This document shows positions 24,357-36,573 of a stretch of 64,000 bases of DNA, piece after piece. Position 1 is the stretch's first letter; each line of letters begins with the position of its first letter. Under the pieces are notes generated by a model. That model saw only the letters and a program-made list of their open reading frames with translations. It did no database searches and was not told the origin of the DNA. The stretch is from an uncultured Deinococcaceae bacterium. Lineage in GTDB: Bacteria; Deinococcota; Deinococci; Deinococcales; Deinococcaceae. The translations under genes and the position numbers were made by a program. The DNA lies in the NCBI GenBank assembly GCA_964252075.1, contig CAXULY010000005.1, positions 100,642 to 164,641 on the forward strand. The letters are read 5' to 3'.

Positions 24357-25406
24357 GTGACTGCCCCGCGCCCACCCCAGGAGCAGGCCGCCCTCGACCG
24401 CCTCACGCGCGAGCGCCGCTACGACCTCGTGCTGGAAGGCGGCGGCGTGAAAGGTATCGCGCTCGCGGGCGCGCTGATGGAGCTCGAAGCGCGCGGGTAC
24501 CGGGCGCAGCGCATCGCGGGCACCAGCGCGGGCGCGGTGGTCGCGGCCTTGTACGCGGCGGGCTACACGGCGGGCGAGCTGCGCGACCTGATCCTCGCGC
24601 CGGACTTCCGCAGCCTCTCGGACCTCACGCCGCTCGCGCGCGTGCCGCTCGTGGGCGGCCTGCTCAGCGTCGTGCTGCTGCTCGGGCAGTGCGAGGGCGC
24701 CGCCCTGCAGCGCTGGCTCGCGCAGCGCCTCGCCGCGAAGGGCGTGCGGACCTTCGCGGACCTGCGCCGCGCGCACCCCGACGGCAGCGTGCAGGTGATC
24801 GTCTCGGACCTCACCGCCCGCGCCCTGCTGGTCCTCCCCGACGACGCGGCGCAGCTGGGCCTCGACCCGGACGCGCTGGAGGTGGCCGCCGCCGTCCGCA
24901 TGAGCGCGGGCATTCCCTTCTATTACCGCCCCGTCGTGCGCCGCGCGCCGGACGGCCAGCGGCACTGGCTGGTGGACGGCGGCCTGCTCAGCAACTTCCC
25001 CGTGTGGCTCTTCGACGCGCCCCCGCCCGGCCTGCCGCGCTGGCCCACCTTCGGCCTGCGGCTGGACGGCGACCCGCCCGCGCGGGACGAGGTGCTGTCC
25101 CGCAGCCGCCGCGCGAACATCATCCAGTACCTGTCCGCGCTGGTGTCCACCGTGCTGGGCGCACGCGACCGCTACGCCCTCGCGCGCGCCGACTACGCCC
25201 GCACCATAGACCTCCCCACCCTGGGGGTCGGCACCACCGAGTTCGACCTCCCGCCCGAGCGCGCCGCGGCGCTCTTCGACGCGGGCCGCGCGGCCGCCGC
25301 CACCTTTCTGAACAGCTGGAACTACCCCGCGTACCTCGCCACCTACCGCATGGGTGCGCGGGGTGTGGACGAGGTGGCGCGTGCGTACGCCGACCAGATC
25401 AGCTGA
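24357..25406 (+). CDS. Patatin-like phospholipase
   Basis: LEGGGVKG, GTSAG, VDGGLLSNFP. Leaderless TAAGCT-6-GTG. Confidence 0.93.
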   Translation: MTAPRPPQEQAALDRLTRERRYDLVLEGGGVKGIALAGALMELEARGYRAQRIAGTSAGAVVAALYAAGYTAGELRDLILAPDFRSLSDLTPLARVPLVGGLLSVVLLLGQCEGAALQRWLAQRLAAKGVRTFADLRRAHPDGSVQVIVSDLTARALLVLPDDAAQLGLDPDALEVAAAVRMSAGIPFYYRPVVRRAPDGQRHWLVDGGLLSNFPVWLFDAPPPGLPRWPTFGLRLDGDPPARDEVLSRSRRANIIQYLSALVSTVLGARDRYALARADYARTIDLPTLGVGTTEFDLPPERAAALFDAGRAAAATFLNSWNYPAYLATYRMGARGVDEVARAYADQIS

Positions 25407-25797
25407 CCCGCCCATGGGCGACCAAAGACCAGCTCACGCCGCTTCTAACTTCGCGTGCACGTTCCAGTGCGTCTGGGGATGCGCTCCGGCTCCAAGGCTG
25501 GGTCGCGACGTGAAGGCCCTGCGACGCCAATTGCTTCGTCCATACGAACGCGAGGCCACGCAGCGCCACGATCCTCACGGGCGTTGGGCGGCGCCCGCCT
25601 CACCTCGTTGAGGGCCGTCATCCTCTTCAGCCCGGGCGCCGACGCTTGTACACCAGCACGGCGGCGGTCCGCCGCACTGGGCTCATCCATCACGACCAGC
25701 GCGAAACCTTCCCGCGTGACCGCCGCCCCAATGCCCAGCCCCCGATGATGCCGCCCGAAAGCATGCGCTCACCCTGACCGCTGGGAGTAAAGGCGCT

Positions 25798-26619
25798 TCA
25801 CCGATCAAGATCCGGGGGGTACTTCAGCAGGCGGCCCGTGAACAGCAGCGCGTCCCCCAGTGGCGTGCTGTGGTAGAGGCTCTGGTACGCCTGCAACTGG
25901 CCTTTCGTGAACTTCTGGTTGGTGAGGAGCGCCTGGAAGTCCGCGGGGATGGTGAAGCCGCCGTCGTCCCGCGCGACGCAGAAGAATCGCACGTCAGGGT
26001 TTTGCTGTCTCACGGCCATCAGCACCACGCCCGCCGGGTCGTTGCTCGCCGCCGTCCACGTAAAGGTCGCGTCAGGCGTGACGGCACTGGGGTCGGCGGG
26101 CGACGTGAAGGTGAAGGCCTGCGCGGGCACCGGCAGCGGCACGCCCGAGAAGGCAGGAAAGCCCCCGGACCCGCCGCCCGGCGCACTTACGGTCACGCCC
26201 GTAAACCCATCCAGGTTCACGTTCAACTGGTACGCGGTGGTGGTCACGTCGTTGGACGTCTGACTCTGAATGGGGACGCTGGCGAAGACCGTGCCGTTCC
26301 GGCTGAGGCTGAGCGCCAGCCCAGCTTCGAGGTTACCTTGGGGGAGCACCGGGTACAGGAACTGAAACAAGTTCTGGCCCGCGCCCTCCCCCAGCAGGCA
26401 GGTGTCCAGCACGCTGGGGTCTGGACTGGTAAACGTCAGCCCGTCCTCCCGGGTGCCGAACGCAGCGAAGACTCCCTGCTTGCCGTCCAGGCCGCCGTAA
26501 GCGACGAGCCCCAATTTGCTGTATGTCTTGGGGCCGGGCGGGGTGCCGCCACTGTTCTGCCCGCAGGCGGCGAGCGTGAGGGCGAGGCAGAGGGCGGTCC
26601 ACACAACGCGTCTGTGCAT
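25798..26619 (-). CDS. Hypothetical lipoprotein
   Basis: [28 protein letters not shown] lipobox; beta-rich body. Confidence 0.78.
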   Translation of the reverse strand: MHRRVVWTALCLALTLAACGQNSGGTPPGPKTYSKLGLVAYGGLDGKQGVFAAFGTREDGLTFTSPDPSVLDTCLLGEGAGQNLFQFLYPVLPQGNLEAGLALSLSRNGTVFASVPIQSQTSNDVTTTAYQLNVNLDGFTGVTVSAPGGGSGGFPAFSGVPLPVPAQAFTFTSPADPSAVTPDATFTWTAASNDPAGVVLMAVRQQNPDVRFFCVARDDGGFTIPADFQALLTNQKFTKGQLQAYQSLYHSTPLGDALLFTGRLLKYPPDLDR

Positions 26620-26725
26620 GCTTCTCCCTGGCCGCGGGGCGCAGCGAAAGGGGGACGGCGCGGCACCGCCAGCATACCCGCCCGCGCTCCTGTTGTCCCC
26701 CGCGCGGCCCGCTAGACTGCGGGGC

Positions 26726-28516
<1,791 letters not shown>

Positions 28517-28524
28517 GGGGCGCG

Positions 28525-29004
28525 ATGGGATTTCGGAGTGTTGTCTTCGGGCATATTCGTTTGGCTCGTGATCCAGATGGAGAGTCAGATCGTCACAACC
28601 GAAATGCCATAGAATCCTTTCCCTTTGATGGTTCCTATCCGTTCCGGAACATTTTTCATATCGAAGAGCAGTACGGTTACTATGGGAAGTCTATGTTTAT
28701 CGGGGGTACTTTTAAGGATATTGAGCTGGAATGGCAGGAATGGTTTTTAAGCTTTACGCAGTTCCTGTCCACTTTAGAGGCCATAGAGGCGAATGTTGTC
28801 CTCGATTGTTTCTATGGTCGATTCGCTTGGACTTTGGCTCCGGAGGTGTTTGCTTGCGGTGGTACCAGGGATGATGTCCCCTGTCTAATTGGACAGTCTT
28901 GGTACATCATCCAAGCTCCAGAAATGGACGGTGGGTTCGAGGAAGTGTTGCGCCCAGTGAGTACGCCCGTTCGTATAGACGAGAATCACCTCTACGGATC
29001 TTGA
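28525..29004 (+). CDS. Low-GC orphan hypothetical protein (159 aa)
   Basis: ATG 8 nt after the lepA stop, MGFRSVVFGHIRL...GGTFKDIELEWQEWF...; the two 60-nt lines I counted are 42% and 47% GC. Confidence 0.75.
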   Translation: MGFRSVVFGHIRLARDPDGESDRHNRNAIESFPFDGSYPFRNIFHIEEQYGYYGKSMFIGGTFKDIELEWQEWFLSFTQFLSTLEAIEANVVLDCFYGRFAWTLAPEVFACGGTRDDVPCLIGQSWYIIQAPEMDGGFEEVLRPVSTPVRIDENHLYGS

Positions 29005-29082
29005 CGACCGCTGAATCTTGCGGTGGCGCTCTCCCTTACGTGCCGTCGCTTTATTTCTTTGGCAGGGTATGCTCGGCCCGAC

Positions 29083-29784
29083 ATGAATCCCACCACCGTT
29101 TACCTCGTGAGGCACGGTGAGAACCACGCCAACGTGCGCCGCGAGCTGTCCTCCCGGCACGTAGATTACGACCTGACTGGGCGCGGGCGCGAGCAGGCGC
29201 GGCAACTGGCCGCTCACTTCGCTGGGCAGTCCCTTCACGCGATCTACGCCAGCCCTCTCAAGCGCGCCCAGCAGACGGCGGCGCCCATCGCTGCGGCACA
29301 CGGCCTGGAGGTACACACCCTGGAGGGCCTGCGGGAAGTGGAGGTGGGCGACCTGGAGGTCGGCCAGACGTCCGAGAACCTCGCGGAGCGCTGGGCGGCA
29401 GATCGTGCGGTGGTGTGCGCCTGGGTGGAAGGGTGGGTCGAAACGCGCTACCCCGGCGGCGAGAATTACGTGGAGGCCACCGCGCGCGGCATGGCGGGCC
29501 TCGCGGAAGCGGCGCGCGGGCGGGCGGGGGAAACCGTGGTGCTGGTCGGGCACAGCGGCCTGTACCAGATGCTGCTCCCCATCCTGCTGGGTGACCGGGA
29601 GGCGGCGCTCAAGCAGCGGAATATCCCGCTCGGTGGCTTCAGTGAACTGCACGTGCGCGCCCTTCGTCCACTCGCCTGTGAGGTGCGGGTGTGGGCGCAT
29701 GGCGCTCACCTGAGTGGCGAGGCCCTGCGTCAGCCCGAGCGGCCCACGCACCTGCGCTCGGAGGACTTCAGCGGGACCCCGTGA
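29083..29784 (+). CDS. Histidine phosphatase family protein
   Basis: YLVRHGE, ASPLKRAQQTA, LREVEVGDLE, VLVGHSG. Confidence 0.92.
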   Translation: MNPTTVYLVRHGENHANVRRELSSRHVDYDLTGRGREQARQLAAHFAGQSLHAIYASPLKRAQQTAAPIAAAHGLEVHTLEGLREVEVGDLEVGQTSENLAERWAADRAVVCAWVEGWVETRYPGGENYVEATARGMAGLAEAARGRAGETVVLVGHSGLYQMLLPILLGDREAALKQRNIPLGGFSELHVRALRPLACEVRVWAHGAHLSGEALRQPERPTHLRSEDFSGTP

Positions 29785-29788
29785 GCCG

Positions 29789-30931
29789 TCACGCCTCCAG
29801 CCACGCCCGCCCGAGTTGCGTGAGCGCCGCGTCGTCTGCGGGGGGGTGCATGAGGCCCGCGCGCGCGTCCCGGAAGCGCCGCTCGAGGTCCAAGGTGTTC
29901 CCGAGGGCCGCGCCGCCCGCCGCTCGCAGCGCCTGGTCGGTGGCGCTGATGGCGGCGTTCGTGCAGGCGAGCTTCGCTCCGGCAAGGAGCGGCATGAGTT
30001 CGGCGCGGCGCTCCGGGTCGTCCCAGGCGCGCGTCACCTCGTGCAGCAGCGCGCGGGCCTGCGCGAGCGTGAGGGCCATCTCGCCGACCGCCACCTGGAT
30101 TTTCGGGAGGGTCGCGATGGGCTTCCCGAGCGCGGTGGGCACGCGCTCGCGGGCGTACCGCACGAGGCTCTCCAGGGCGCCCGCGCCCACCCCGAGGTAC
30201 GTGGCGGCGACCGCCACCCAGAACCACGCGCCGCCCGTGGGGCCCGCCGGGGTGGGCGGGATGGCGCGCTCGTCCGGCACGAACACCTCGTGCAGCACCA
30301 CGTCGTTCGAGCCGCTGCCGCGCAGCGCGAGCGCGCCCGCCCAGGTGCTCTCCACCTGCACGCCGGGGCTGTCCGCCGCCACGATGAAGCGCCACACCTC
30401 GTCCTCGGGCGTCGCGGCGGTCACCACGCAGTAATCCAGCGCGCGCGCGCCCGTGGACCACGTCTTGCGACCTGTCACGGACCACCCGCCCGGCACGCGG
30501 GTGGCGCGGGTGGCGGGGAGGCCGCCGCGGGAGGGGCTCCCGAGTTCCGGTTCGCTCGCCAGGGAGTTCGAGAGCGCGCCGCGCGTGACGCTCGCGCGCG
30601 CCAGCAGCGCGTAGGTTTCGGGCGGCCAGCCGCCCTCCCGCAGGCCGCCCAGCAGGTGCGCGTTCATGGCGGCCACCAGCGCGAGTGACGCGTCCGCGCG
30701 GCCCAGCACCTCCTGCGCGAGCGCGAACTCGAAGAGCGTCGCGCCGAAACCGCCCAGCGACTCGGGCACGGTGAGGGCCGGGTAGCCGCTCTGCTTGAGG
30801 GCGCGCGCGGCTTCGGGCGGCACGTCACCCAGGCGTTCGGCTTCGGCGGCGGTCTGCGCGAAGACCCCGGCCACCTGTTCCGCCAGGGCGCGCACCTGGA
30901 CTTCGCGTGCGGTGGGGGAGAGGAAAGGCAC
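29789..30931 (-). CDS. Acyl-CoA dehydrogenase family protein
   Basis: SEPELGSPSRGG, VTGRKTWSTGA, LRGSGSNDV, LERRFRDARAG. Leaderless TATGCT-5-GTG. Confidence 0.9.
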   Translation of the reverse strand: MPFLSPTAREVQVRALAEQVAGVFAQTAAEAERLGDVPPEAARALKQSGYPALTVPESLGGFGATLFEFALAQEVLGRADASLALVAAMNAHLLGGLREGGWPPETYALLARASVTRGALSNSLASEPELGSPSRGGLPATRATRVPGGWSVTGRKTWSTGARALDYCVVTAATPEDEVWRFIVAADSPGVQVESTWAGALALRGSGSNDVVLHEVFVPDERAIPPTPAGPTGGAWFWVAVAATYLGVGAGALESLVRYARERVPTALGKPIATLPKIQVAVGEMALTLAQARALLHEVTRAWDDPERRAELMPLLAGAKLACTNAAISATDQALRAAGGAALGNTLDLERRFRDARAGLMHPPADDAALTQLGRAWLEA

Positions 30932-31042
30932 GCCCCAGCATAGGGGCTGCGCGTTCCCGCGCGGGTGGCGCCCCTCGCCTTTGAGGGGCGGGGCGGGTGA
31001 AGCCCTTCCATCTGACGGCGTGGGCCCTATAATGCCGGGGTT

Positions 31043-31969
31043 ATGCGTTCTATAGCGGTCGGCACGCGCGGCAGTGCCCTGGCACTCGCGCAGACCCGCA
31101 TGGTCGTCGCGCAGCTCAAGGAAGAGTGGCCCGAGACGGACTTCAAGATCGTCACGGTGTCCACGCACGGCGACCGCGACCGGGGCAACCTGAACAGCCT
31201 CGCGAAGGGCAACAAGGGCCTGTGGGTCAAGGAGATCGAGGACGCCCTGCTCGCGAGTCGCATTGACATCGCGGTGCACAGCCTCAAGGACCTCCCCACC
31301 GAGCAACCGGAAGGTCTGGAGGTCGCGAGCATACCCAAGCGGGTGGACGCCCGCGACGTGCTGATCGGGCGGGAGGGCCTCAAGCGCCTCGCGGACCTCC
31401 CGCAGGGCGCGCGCGTGGGCACCTCCAGCGCGCGGCGCAAGGCCTTCCTGCGCGCGCTGCGCCCGGACCTGGACCTGCGCGACCTGCGCGGGAACGTGGA
31501 CACGCGCATCGCGGCGGTGTCGGGCGGCGAGTACGACGCGGTCATCCTGGCGGCGGCGGGCCTCATCCGCCTGGAGTTGCGCCACCGCATTGACGAGTTC
31601 ATCGAGCCGGACATCATGCTGCCCGCACCCGGGCAGGGCGCGCTGGCGCTGGAGGTGCGGAGCGACGACGACCTCGCGAACGAGGTGGCGTACGCCATCA
31701 ACGACCGCACCACCGACGACCGCGTGACGGCCGAGCGGGAGTTCCTGGCGGGCCTCGGGGCGGGCTGCGTGGCGCCTGTGGGCGCGCACGCCACCATCAA
31801 GAACGGCGTGCTGACCCTGGAGGGCTGGGTGGCGGCGCTGGACGGCAGCGAGGTCATCCGTGCGACCACGCAGGGGGACGCCGCCGAGTGCGCGGACCTG
31901 GGCGCGGAACTCGCGCAGGACATGCTGACGCGCGGCGCGCGCGAACTGGTGGACGCCACGCGCGTCTGA
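31043..31969 (+). CDS. hemC: Hydroxymethylbilane synthase
   Basis: [47 protein letters not shown] upstream. Confidence 0.97.
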   Translation: MRSIAVGTRGSALALAQTRMVVAQLKEEWPETDFKIVTVSTHGDRDRGNLNSLAKGNKGLWVKEIEDALLASRIDIAVHSLKDLPTEQPEGLEVASIPKRVDARDVLIGREGLKRLADLPQGARVGTSSARRKAFLRALRPDLDLRDLRGNVDTRIAAVSGGEYDAVILAAAGLIRLELRHRIDEFIEPDIMLPAPGQGALALEVRSDDDLANEVAYAINDRTTDDRVTAEREFLAGLGAGCVAPVGAHATIKNGVLTLEGWVAALDGSEVIRATTQGDAAECADLGAELAQDMLTRGARELVDATRV

Positions 31970-31983
31970 GAGCGATGGGGTGT

Positions 31984-32014
31984 GGCGGCGTTGAGGATCA
32001 CCCTCAACGCCGCC
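31984..32014 (+). terminator. Terminator hairpin after hemC
   Basis: GGCGGCGTTGAGG / CCTCAACGCCGCC 13-bp stem. Confidence 0.65.
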
Positions 32015-32294
32015 CCTCTGTGATCACAGCTGTGCAGCCCTGATGGGGTTGCGGGGTTCCGCCACCTTATGCCGGAAGGATCACGCAGCGGTGAACCAGC
32101 CCGGAGGGCGCCAACTGGTGCAGGCACTGCCCGTCTTGCCCGCGTGGAGGTCATGGTGCCGTCGTGCACGGCGAGCCGCGGTCTTTAGAACTCCATGCGC
32201 AGGTGTGGCCGCTGACCCTCGCGCCGCTCTTCACGCGGTGCTCCTGAACGCCTGGGCGTGATTGTCCCGCGCGGAACGGGCTAGCCTTTAGGGC

Positions 32295-33788
32295 ATGACT
32301 CCTGACGTTACGCGCGCTTTTGTCTCCCTGGTCGGCGCTGGTCCCGGCGACCCTGGCCTCCTCACCCTGCGCGGCGCTGAAGCGCTGTCCCGCGCCGACG
32401 TGGTGCTGTACGACCACCTCGCGAGCCCCGAACTGCTGCGCCACTGCCCGCAGGCGGACGTGGTGTTCGTGGGAAAGGAGGGCTTCTCGGAGTACCTGTC
32501 GCAGGAGGCCATCAGCGCCCTCATGGTGGAGCGCGCCCTGGATGGTGGTGGGCGGCGCGTGGTGCGCCTGAAGGGCGGCGATGTGTTCGTGTTCGGGCGC
32601 GGCAGTGAGGAGGTGGAGGCGTGCCTGGCGGCGGGCATTCCCTTCGAGGTGGTGCCGGGCGTGACGAGCGCCATCGCGGCGCCCGCCTACGCCGGGATTC
32701 CCGTGACGCACCGCGGCCTCGCGCGGAGTTTCGCGGTCATCACGGGGAACACCCGCGAGGGCGGCGCGCGCTACGGGGACCTGAACGGCGCGGACACCCT
32801 GCTGCTCCTGATGGGCGTGCGCAACCTCGGGGACGTCACGCGTGACCTGATCGCGGCGGGCCGCTCGCCCGACCTGCCCGCCGCGACCATCCAGTGGGGC
32901 ACCACCACCCGCCAGCGCGTCGCGACGGGCACCCTCGCGACCATCGCGGACGAGGTGGTGCGCGTGGGCCTCGGCGCGCCCGCCGTGACGGTGGTGGGGG
33001 AGGTGGCGGCCCTGCGGGAGCGCCTGCGGTGGTTCGACACGCCCGGTCGCCTGGACGGGCCGCTGGCGGGCCGCCGGGTGGCCGTCACGCGCACGCGCGA
33101 CGGGAACAGCGCCCTCGCGGACCTGCTGCGGGCGCGCGGCGCGGAGGTGCTGGAGGTGCCGCTCATCCGCTTCGAGCCCTCGGGCGGCCCGGCCCTGTAC
33201 CGGCGGCTCTCCGCGCTCGCCGAGTACACCTGGGTGGTCCTCACCAGCAACCAGGCGGTCGAGGCGCTCTTCGCGCACCTGGAGGAGATGGGTCAGGACG
33301 CCCGCGCCTTCGGGCGCGCCCGCGTGGCCGCCGTGGGGCCCAGCACCGCGCGCAGCCTGGAGGCGCGCGGCATCCGTCCGGACTTCGTGCCGGGCACGCC
33401 GGGCGCCGCGCACCTCGCGGCCGAGCTGCCCATTCCGCCCGGCGCGCGCGTCCTGCACCCCACCAGCCAGCTCGCGGAGGACGCCCTGGAGGACGGCCTC
33501 GCCGCGCGCGGCGTGACGGTCGAGCGGGCGGAACTCTACCGCACGGAGCCCGCCACGCCCAGCGCCGAGGCGCTGGAGGCCCTGCGCGGCGCGGACGTCA
33601 TCACCCTCGCGAGTGGCAGCGCCGCGCGCTTCTTCGCGGACCTCGCGGGCACGGACTTCACCGTGGCCGTCATGGGCCCGCAGACGGAGGCCGCCGCACG
33701 CGCCGCGGGCTTCCGGCGGGTCGTGGTGGCGCGCGAACCGAGTCTGGAGGCCCTGGTGGCCGCCGCCGAGGATGCCCTGCGGCCCTAA
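32295..33788 (+). CDS. cobA: Uroporphyrinogen-III C-methyltransferase / uroporphyrinogen-III synthase fusion (CobA-HemD)
   Basis: [29 protein letters not shown]-terminal HemD (VAVTR, LTSNQAV, AVGPSTA, LASGSA). Confidence 0.93.
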   Translation: MTPDVTRAFVSLVGAGPGDPGLLTLRGAEALSRADVVLYDHLASPELLRHCPQADVVFVGKEGFSEYLSQEAISALMVERALDGGGRRVVRLKGGDVFVFGRGSEEVEACLAAGIPFEVVPGVTSAIAAPAYAGIPVTHRGLARSFAVITGNTREGGARYGDLNGADTLLLLMGVRNLGDVTRDLIAAGRSPDLPAATIQWGTTTRQRVATGTLATIADEVVRVGLGAPAVTVVGEVAALRERLRWFDTPGRLDGPLAGRRVAVTRTRDGNSALADLLRARGAEVLEVPLIRFEPSGGPALYRRLSALAEYTWVVLTSNQAVEALFAHLEEMGQDARAFGRARVAAVGPSTARSLEARGIRPDFVPGTPGAAHLAAELPIPPGARVLHPTSQLAEDALEDGLAARGVTVERAELYRTEPATPSAEALEALRGADVITLASGSAARFFADLAGTDFTVAVMGPQTEAAARAAGFRRVVVAREPSLEALVAAAEDALRP

Positions 33789-33865
33789 GTTATGGCCGGG
33801 CGCCCGAAAGGGCTGAAGTGTGTCGATCAGAGCTGGGTTTCAGCTGCTGGGAGTGGCTGAAGGAA

Positions 33866-33894
33866 CAGGGCTGGGGTCCGGAACCCCAGCCCTG
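33866..33894. terminator. Bidirectional terminator hairpin
   Basis: CAGGGCTGGGGT / ACCCCAGCCCTG 12-bp stem between convergent genes. Confidence 0.65.
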
Positions 33895-33910
33895 CCTTGG
33901 CACGCCGCGC

Positions 33911-34666
33911 TCAGACCTTGAAGTCGTCGGGCTTCCCGAAGCGGTCCTCCAGGAAGCGCTTGTGCGCGAGGAGGCGCTCGGCGCTCGCCACGCCCTGATC
34001 GTTCATGGCGCGCTCGAAGCCGTCACGCATGAGGCGCAACTGCCCCAGCAGCACCTGAACGGGCGTCTGCCCGCCCGGCAGGGGCGCACCGCGGCGCGCC
34101 TCGGGAATCTCCAGGAAGGCGTTCACGCTCTCCGGCAGGTAATCCTCCAGGGTCGCGCGGATGGTGTAGGCGTGCTCGGCGGGCGTGCGCTCGTCGAGGC
34201 TGGTGGCGGCGCGGCGCGCCTCTGCGGCCAGCGCGAACGCCTCCTCGCGCGCGGGGGACGGCAGGCGGCGCATGCGGGCGTCCAGCGATTCCGACGGGAC
34301 CGTCAGGAGGGTCGGCGCGGGCGCGGGCGTGGAGAGCGGCGCGTGAACGCCGCGCCCGTGCGCCGCGCCGTGCGGGCCGCTGGCGCGCGACACCGTCACG
34401 GCGCGGGGCGCGCGCGGCCCACCCCGCAGCAGCAGCACGCCCACCCCGATCATGACGAGCGGCACCAGCAGGGGACTCAGGAGGCGCGCGCCCTGGAAGG
34501 CCAGGATGAGCGCCACGATCAGCAGGACCGGCACCAGCCAGACGGGGTGGCCGGCGCGGTCACGCCGTGACCGCGCCGCGCCCCTGAAAGCCGCCCGCAG
34601 CATCGCCAGGACCGCCGTGATCACGACGGCCAGCACCAGCAGGGGCAGCAAGAGAAAGACACCCAT
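33911..34666 (-). CDS. Hypothetical membrane protein with helical C-terminal domain
   Basis: Three hydrophobic segments, then DYLPESVNAFLEIP...QLRLM...RFLEDRFG. Leaderless TACCCT-5-ATG. Confidence 0.75.
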   Translation of the reverse strand: MGVFLLLPLLVLAVVITAVLAMLRAAFRGAARSRRDRAGHPVWLVPVLLIVALILAFQGARLLSPLLVPLVMIGVGVLLLRGGPRAPRAVTVSRASGPHGAAHGRGVHAPLSTPAPAPTLLTVPSESLDARMRRLPSPAREEAFALAAEARRAATSLDERTPAEHAYTIRATLEDYLPESVNAFLEIPEARRGAPLPGGQTPVQVLLGQLRLMRDGFERAMNDQGVASAERLLAHKRFLEDRFGKPDDFKV

Positions 34667-34824
34667 GCCCTAGGGTACGCCTCCGGAGGGCGGATGGTTC
34701 CCGAACGCGGGTCTTGAGCGTGCCTTCAGCGAGCCCCCACACCACCTGAACTGGCGCCCTGAGGGCACTTTCTGACCGGTCGGTCGGGGACGTTAGGCCC
34801 CCCGGACGGTCGTATACTTTCACA

Positions 34825-35379
34825 GTGAAGTTGTTTCCGGCCTTTCTTGATCTCGCGGGCGTGCCGGTGCTGGTCGTCGGCGGTGGCGCGGTGGCCCTGC
34901 GTCGAGGCCGCGCGCTCGAGCGCGCGGGCGCGCAGCTCACGGTCGTGGCGCTCGACGTGCACCCGGAACTCGCGACCCTCGCGGGCCGCGTGGAGCGCCG
35001 GACTTTCGAGGTGAGCGATGTGCGCGGCGCGCGCGTGGTCGTGGCGGCCACCAGCAGCGCTCCCGTGAACGACGCTGTGGCCGCCGCCGCGCGCGCCGAG
35101 GGCGCCTGGGTGAACCACGCGGGCCGTGCGTCCAGCGGCGACCTGCAGGTGGGCTTGCTGGTGGAGCGCGGTGACGTGACGCTCGCCGTGCACACCGGTC
35201 GGGCGCTCCCCATGCTCGCGCAGGCCGTGCGTGACCGCCTGCACGCCGCGCTGCCCGACCACTACCCCCTGGACGAGTGGGCGCGGCGACGCGACGCCGC
35301 CCTGCAACTCCACGGCGACCCGCGGGAGGCTGCCATGAGCGCCCTGAACGCCGACATCCGCGCGTGGGTGGGCGCATGA
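34825..35379 (+). CDS. Precorrin-2 dehydrogenase / sirohydrochlorin ferrochelatase (CysG N-terminal type)
   Basis: [25 protein letters not shown]...VN. Leaderless TATACT-6-GTG. Confidence 0.88.
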   Translation: MKLFPAFLDLAGVPVLVVGGGAVALRRGRALERAGAQLTVVALDVHPELATLAGRVERRTFEVSDVRGARVVVAATSSAPVNDAVAAAARAEGAWVNHAGRASSGDLQVGLLVERGDVTLAVHTGRALPMLAQAVRDRLHAALPDHYPLDEWARRRDAALQLHGDPREAAMSALNADIRAWVGA

Positions 35380-36425
35380 CGCCGACCGCCGAACTGGACC
35401 TCGCCATCGTGGGCCTGAACCACAAGACCGCGCCGCTGAGCGTGCGCGAGCGCGCCAGCGTGCAGCCCGACGAACTGCCCGCCGTCCTCGCGCACCTGCG
35501 CCGCCACGCACACGAGGCGATGCTGCTCTCCACCTGCAACCGCACGGAGGTGTACCTCGCGGGCGTGGACGGCGACCCCCTGAGCGCCTTCGAGGGCGCG
35601 TGGGGCCACGCGCTGCGCGACCACCTGTACCTGTACCGCGGCGGCGAGGCCGCCACGCACCTGTACCGCGTCGCGGCGGGCCTCGACAGCCTCGTGGTGG
35701 GCGAAACGCAGATTCAGGGGCAGGTGAAGCGCGCGTGGCAGGACGCGCACGCGCGCGGCGACACCGCCGCCCTCCTCAACAAGGTCGCGCAGGGCGCCCT
35801 GGCCGCCGGCAAGAAGGTCCGCACCGTCACCGGCATCGGCGACAAGGCCGTGAGCGTCTCGGGCGCCGCCGTGGACCTCGCCGCGAACGTGCTGGGCGAC
35901 ATGCAGGACCGCCACGCCCTCGTGCTCGGCGCGGGTGAGACCGCCGAACTGACCCTCACGCACCTGCGCGCCGCCGGGGTGCGGCACGTGACCGTCGTGA
36001 ACCGCACGGTGGAGCGCGCGCGGCTCCTCGCAGACAAGCTCGGCGGGCGGGCCTGCGCCGCCGAGTACCTGCACGAGGTGCTGCCCGACGCGGACGTGGT
36101 GATCGCCTCCAGCAGCGCCCCGCACTACGTCCTCGGGCCGGAGCGCGTGCAGGACGCCATGGCGCAGCGCCCGGAGCGCCCCATGTTCATCATCGACATC
36201 AGCGTGCCGCGCATCGTGGACCCCGCCGTGGCGGGCGTGCCCGGCGTGTACCTCTACAACCTCGATGACCTCACGCGCATCGTGGAGCGCAACCTCGCGG
36301 AGCGCGCCGCGCGCGTCCCGCAGGCCGAAAGCATCATTGGGGCCGAGGTGGAGGGTCTGCTGCGCTGGAACGCCTTCCGCGAAGCGAAGCGCCACGAAGC
36401 GCCCGCCGCTGCCGCCTGCGACTGA
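35376..36425 (+). CDS. hemA: Glutamyl-tRNA reductase
   Basis: [48 protein letters not shown] overlap with the upstream gene. Confidence 0.95.
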   Translation: MTPTAELDLAIVGLNHKTAPLSVRERASVQPDELPAVLAHLRRHAHEAMLLSTCNRTEVYLAGVDGDPLSAFEGAWGHALRDHLYLYRGGEAATHLYRVAAGLDSLVVGETQIQGQVKRAWQDAHARGDTAALLNKVAQGALAAGKKVRTVTGIGDKAVSVSGAAVDLAANVLGDMQDRHALVLGAGETAELTLTHLRAAGVRHVTVVNRTVERARLLADKLGGRACAAEYLHEVLPDADVVIASSSAPHYVLGPERVQDAMAQRPERPMFIIDISVPRIVDPAVAGVPGVYLYNLDDLTRIVERNLAERAARVPQAESIIGAEVEGLLRWNAFREAKRHEAPAAAACD

Positions 36426-36573
36426 CCTCCAGGCGCGCAGCGGGCCCCATTGCGCCTGCCTTGTACCTCCGCCAGCCCAGAGCAGTGCGGCGCGTCGGAA
36501 GTGGGCGCGCCCAGGCGTGTCCGGGCCGTGGTGAGCCTTGCACGCGCCACAGACCGAGTAACCCCAGGCGCCG

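Noticed and set aside
24357..25406. Patatin as a CBASS CapV-type effector
   Set aside because: No CD-NTase or defence genes nearby, host-like GC and its own leaderless promoter.
32043..32261. 72-aa ORF between hemC and cobA
   Set aside because: No RBS or -10 box, atypical codon usage, no recognisable motif.
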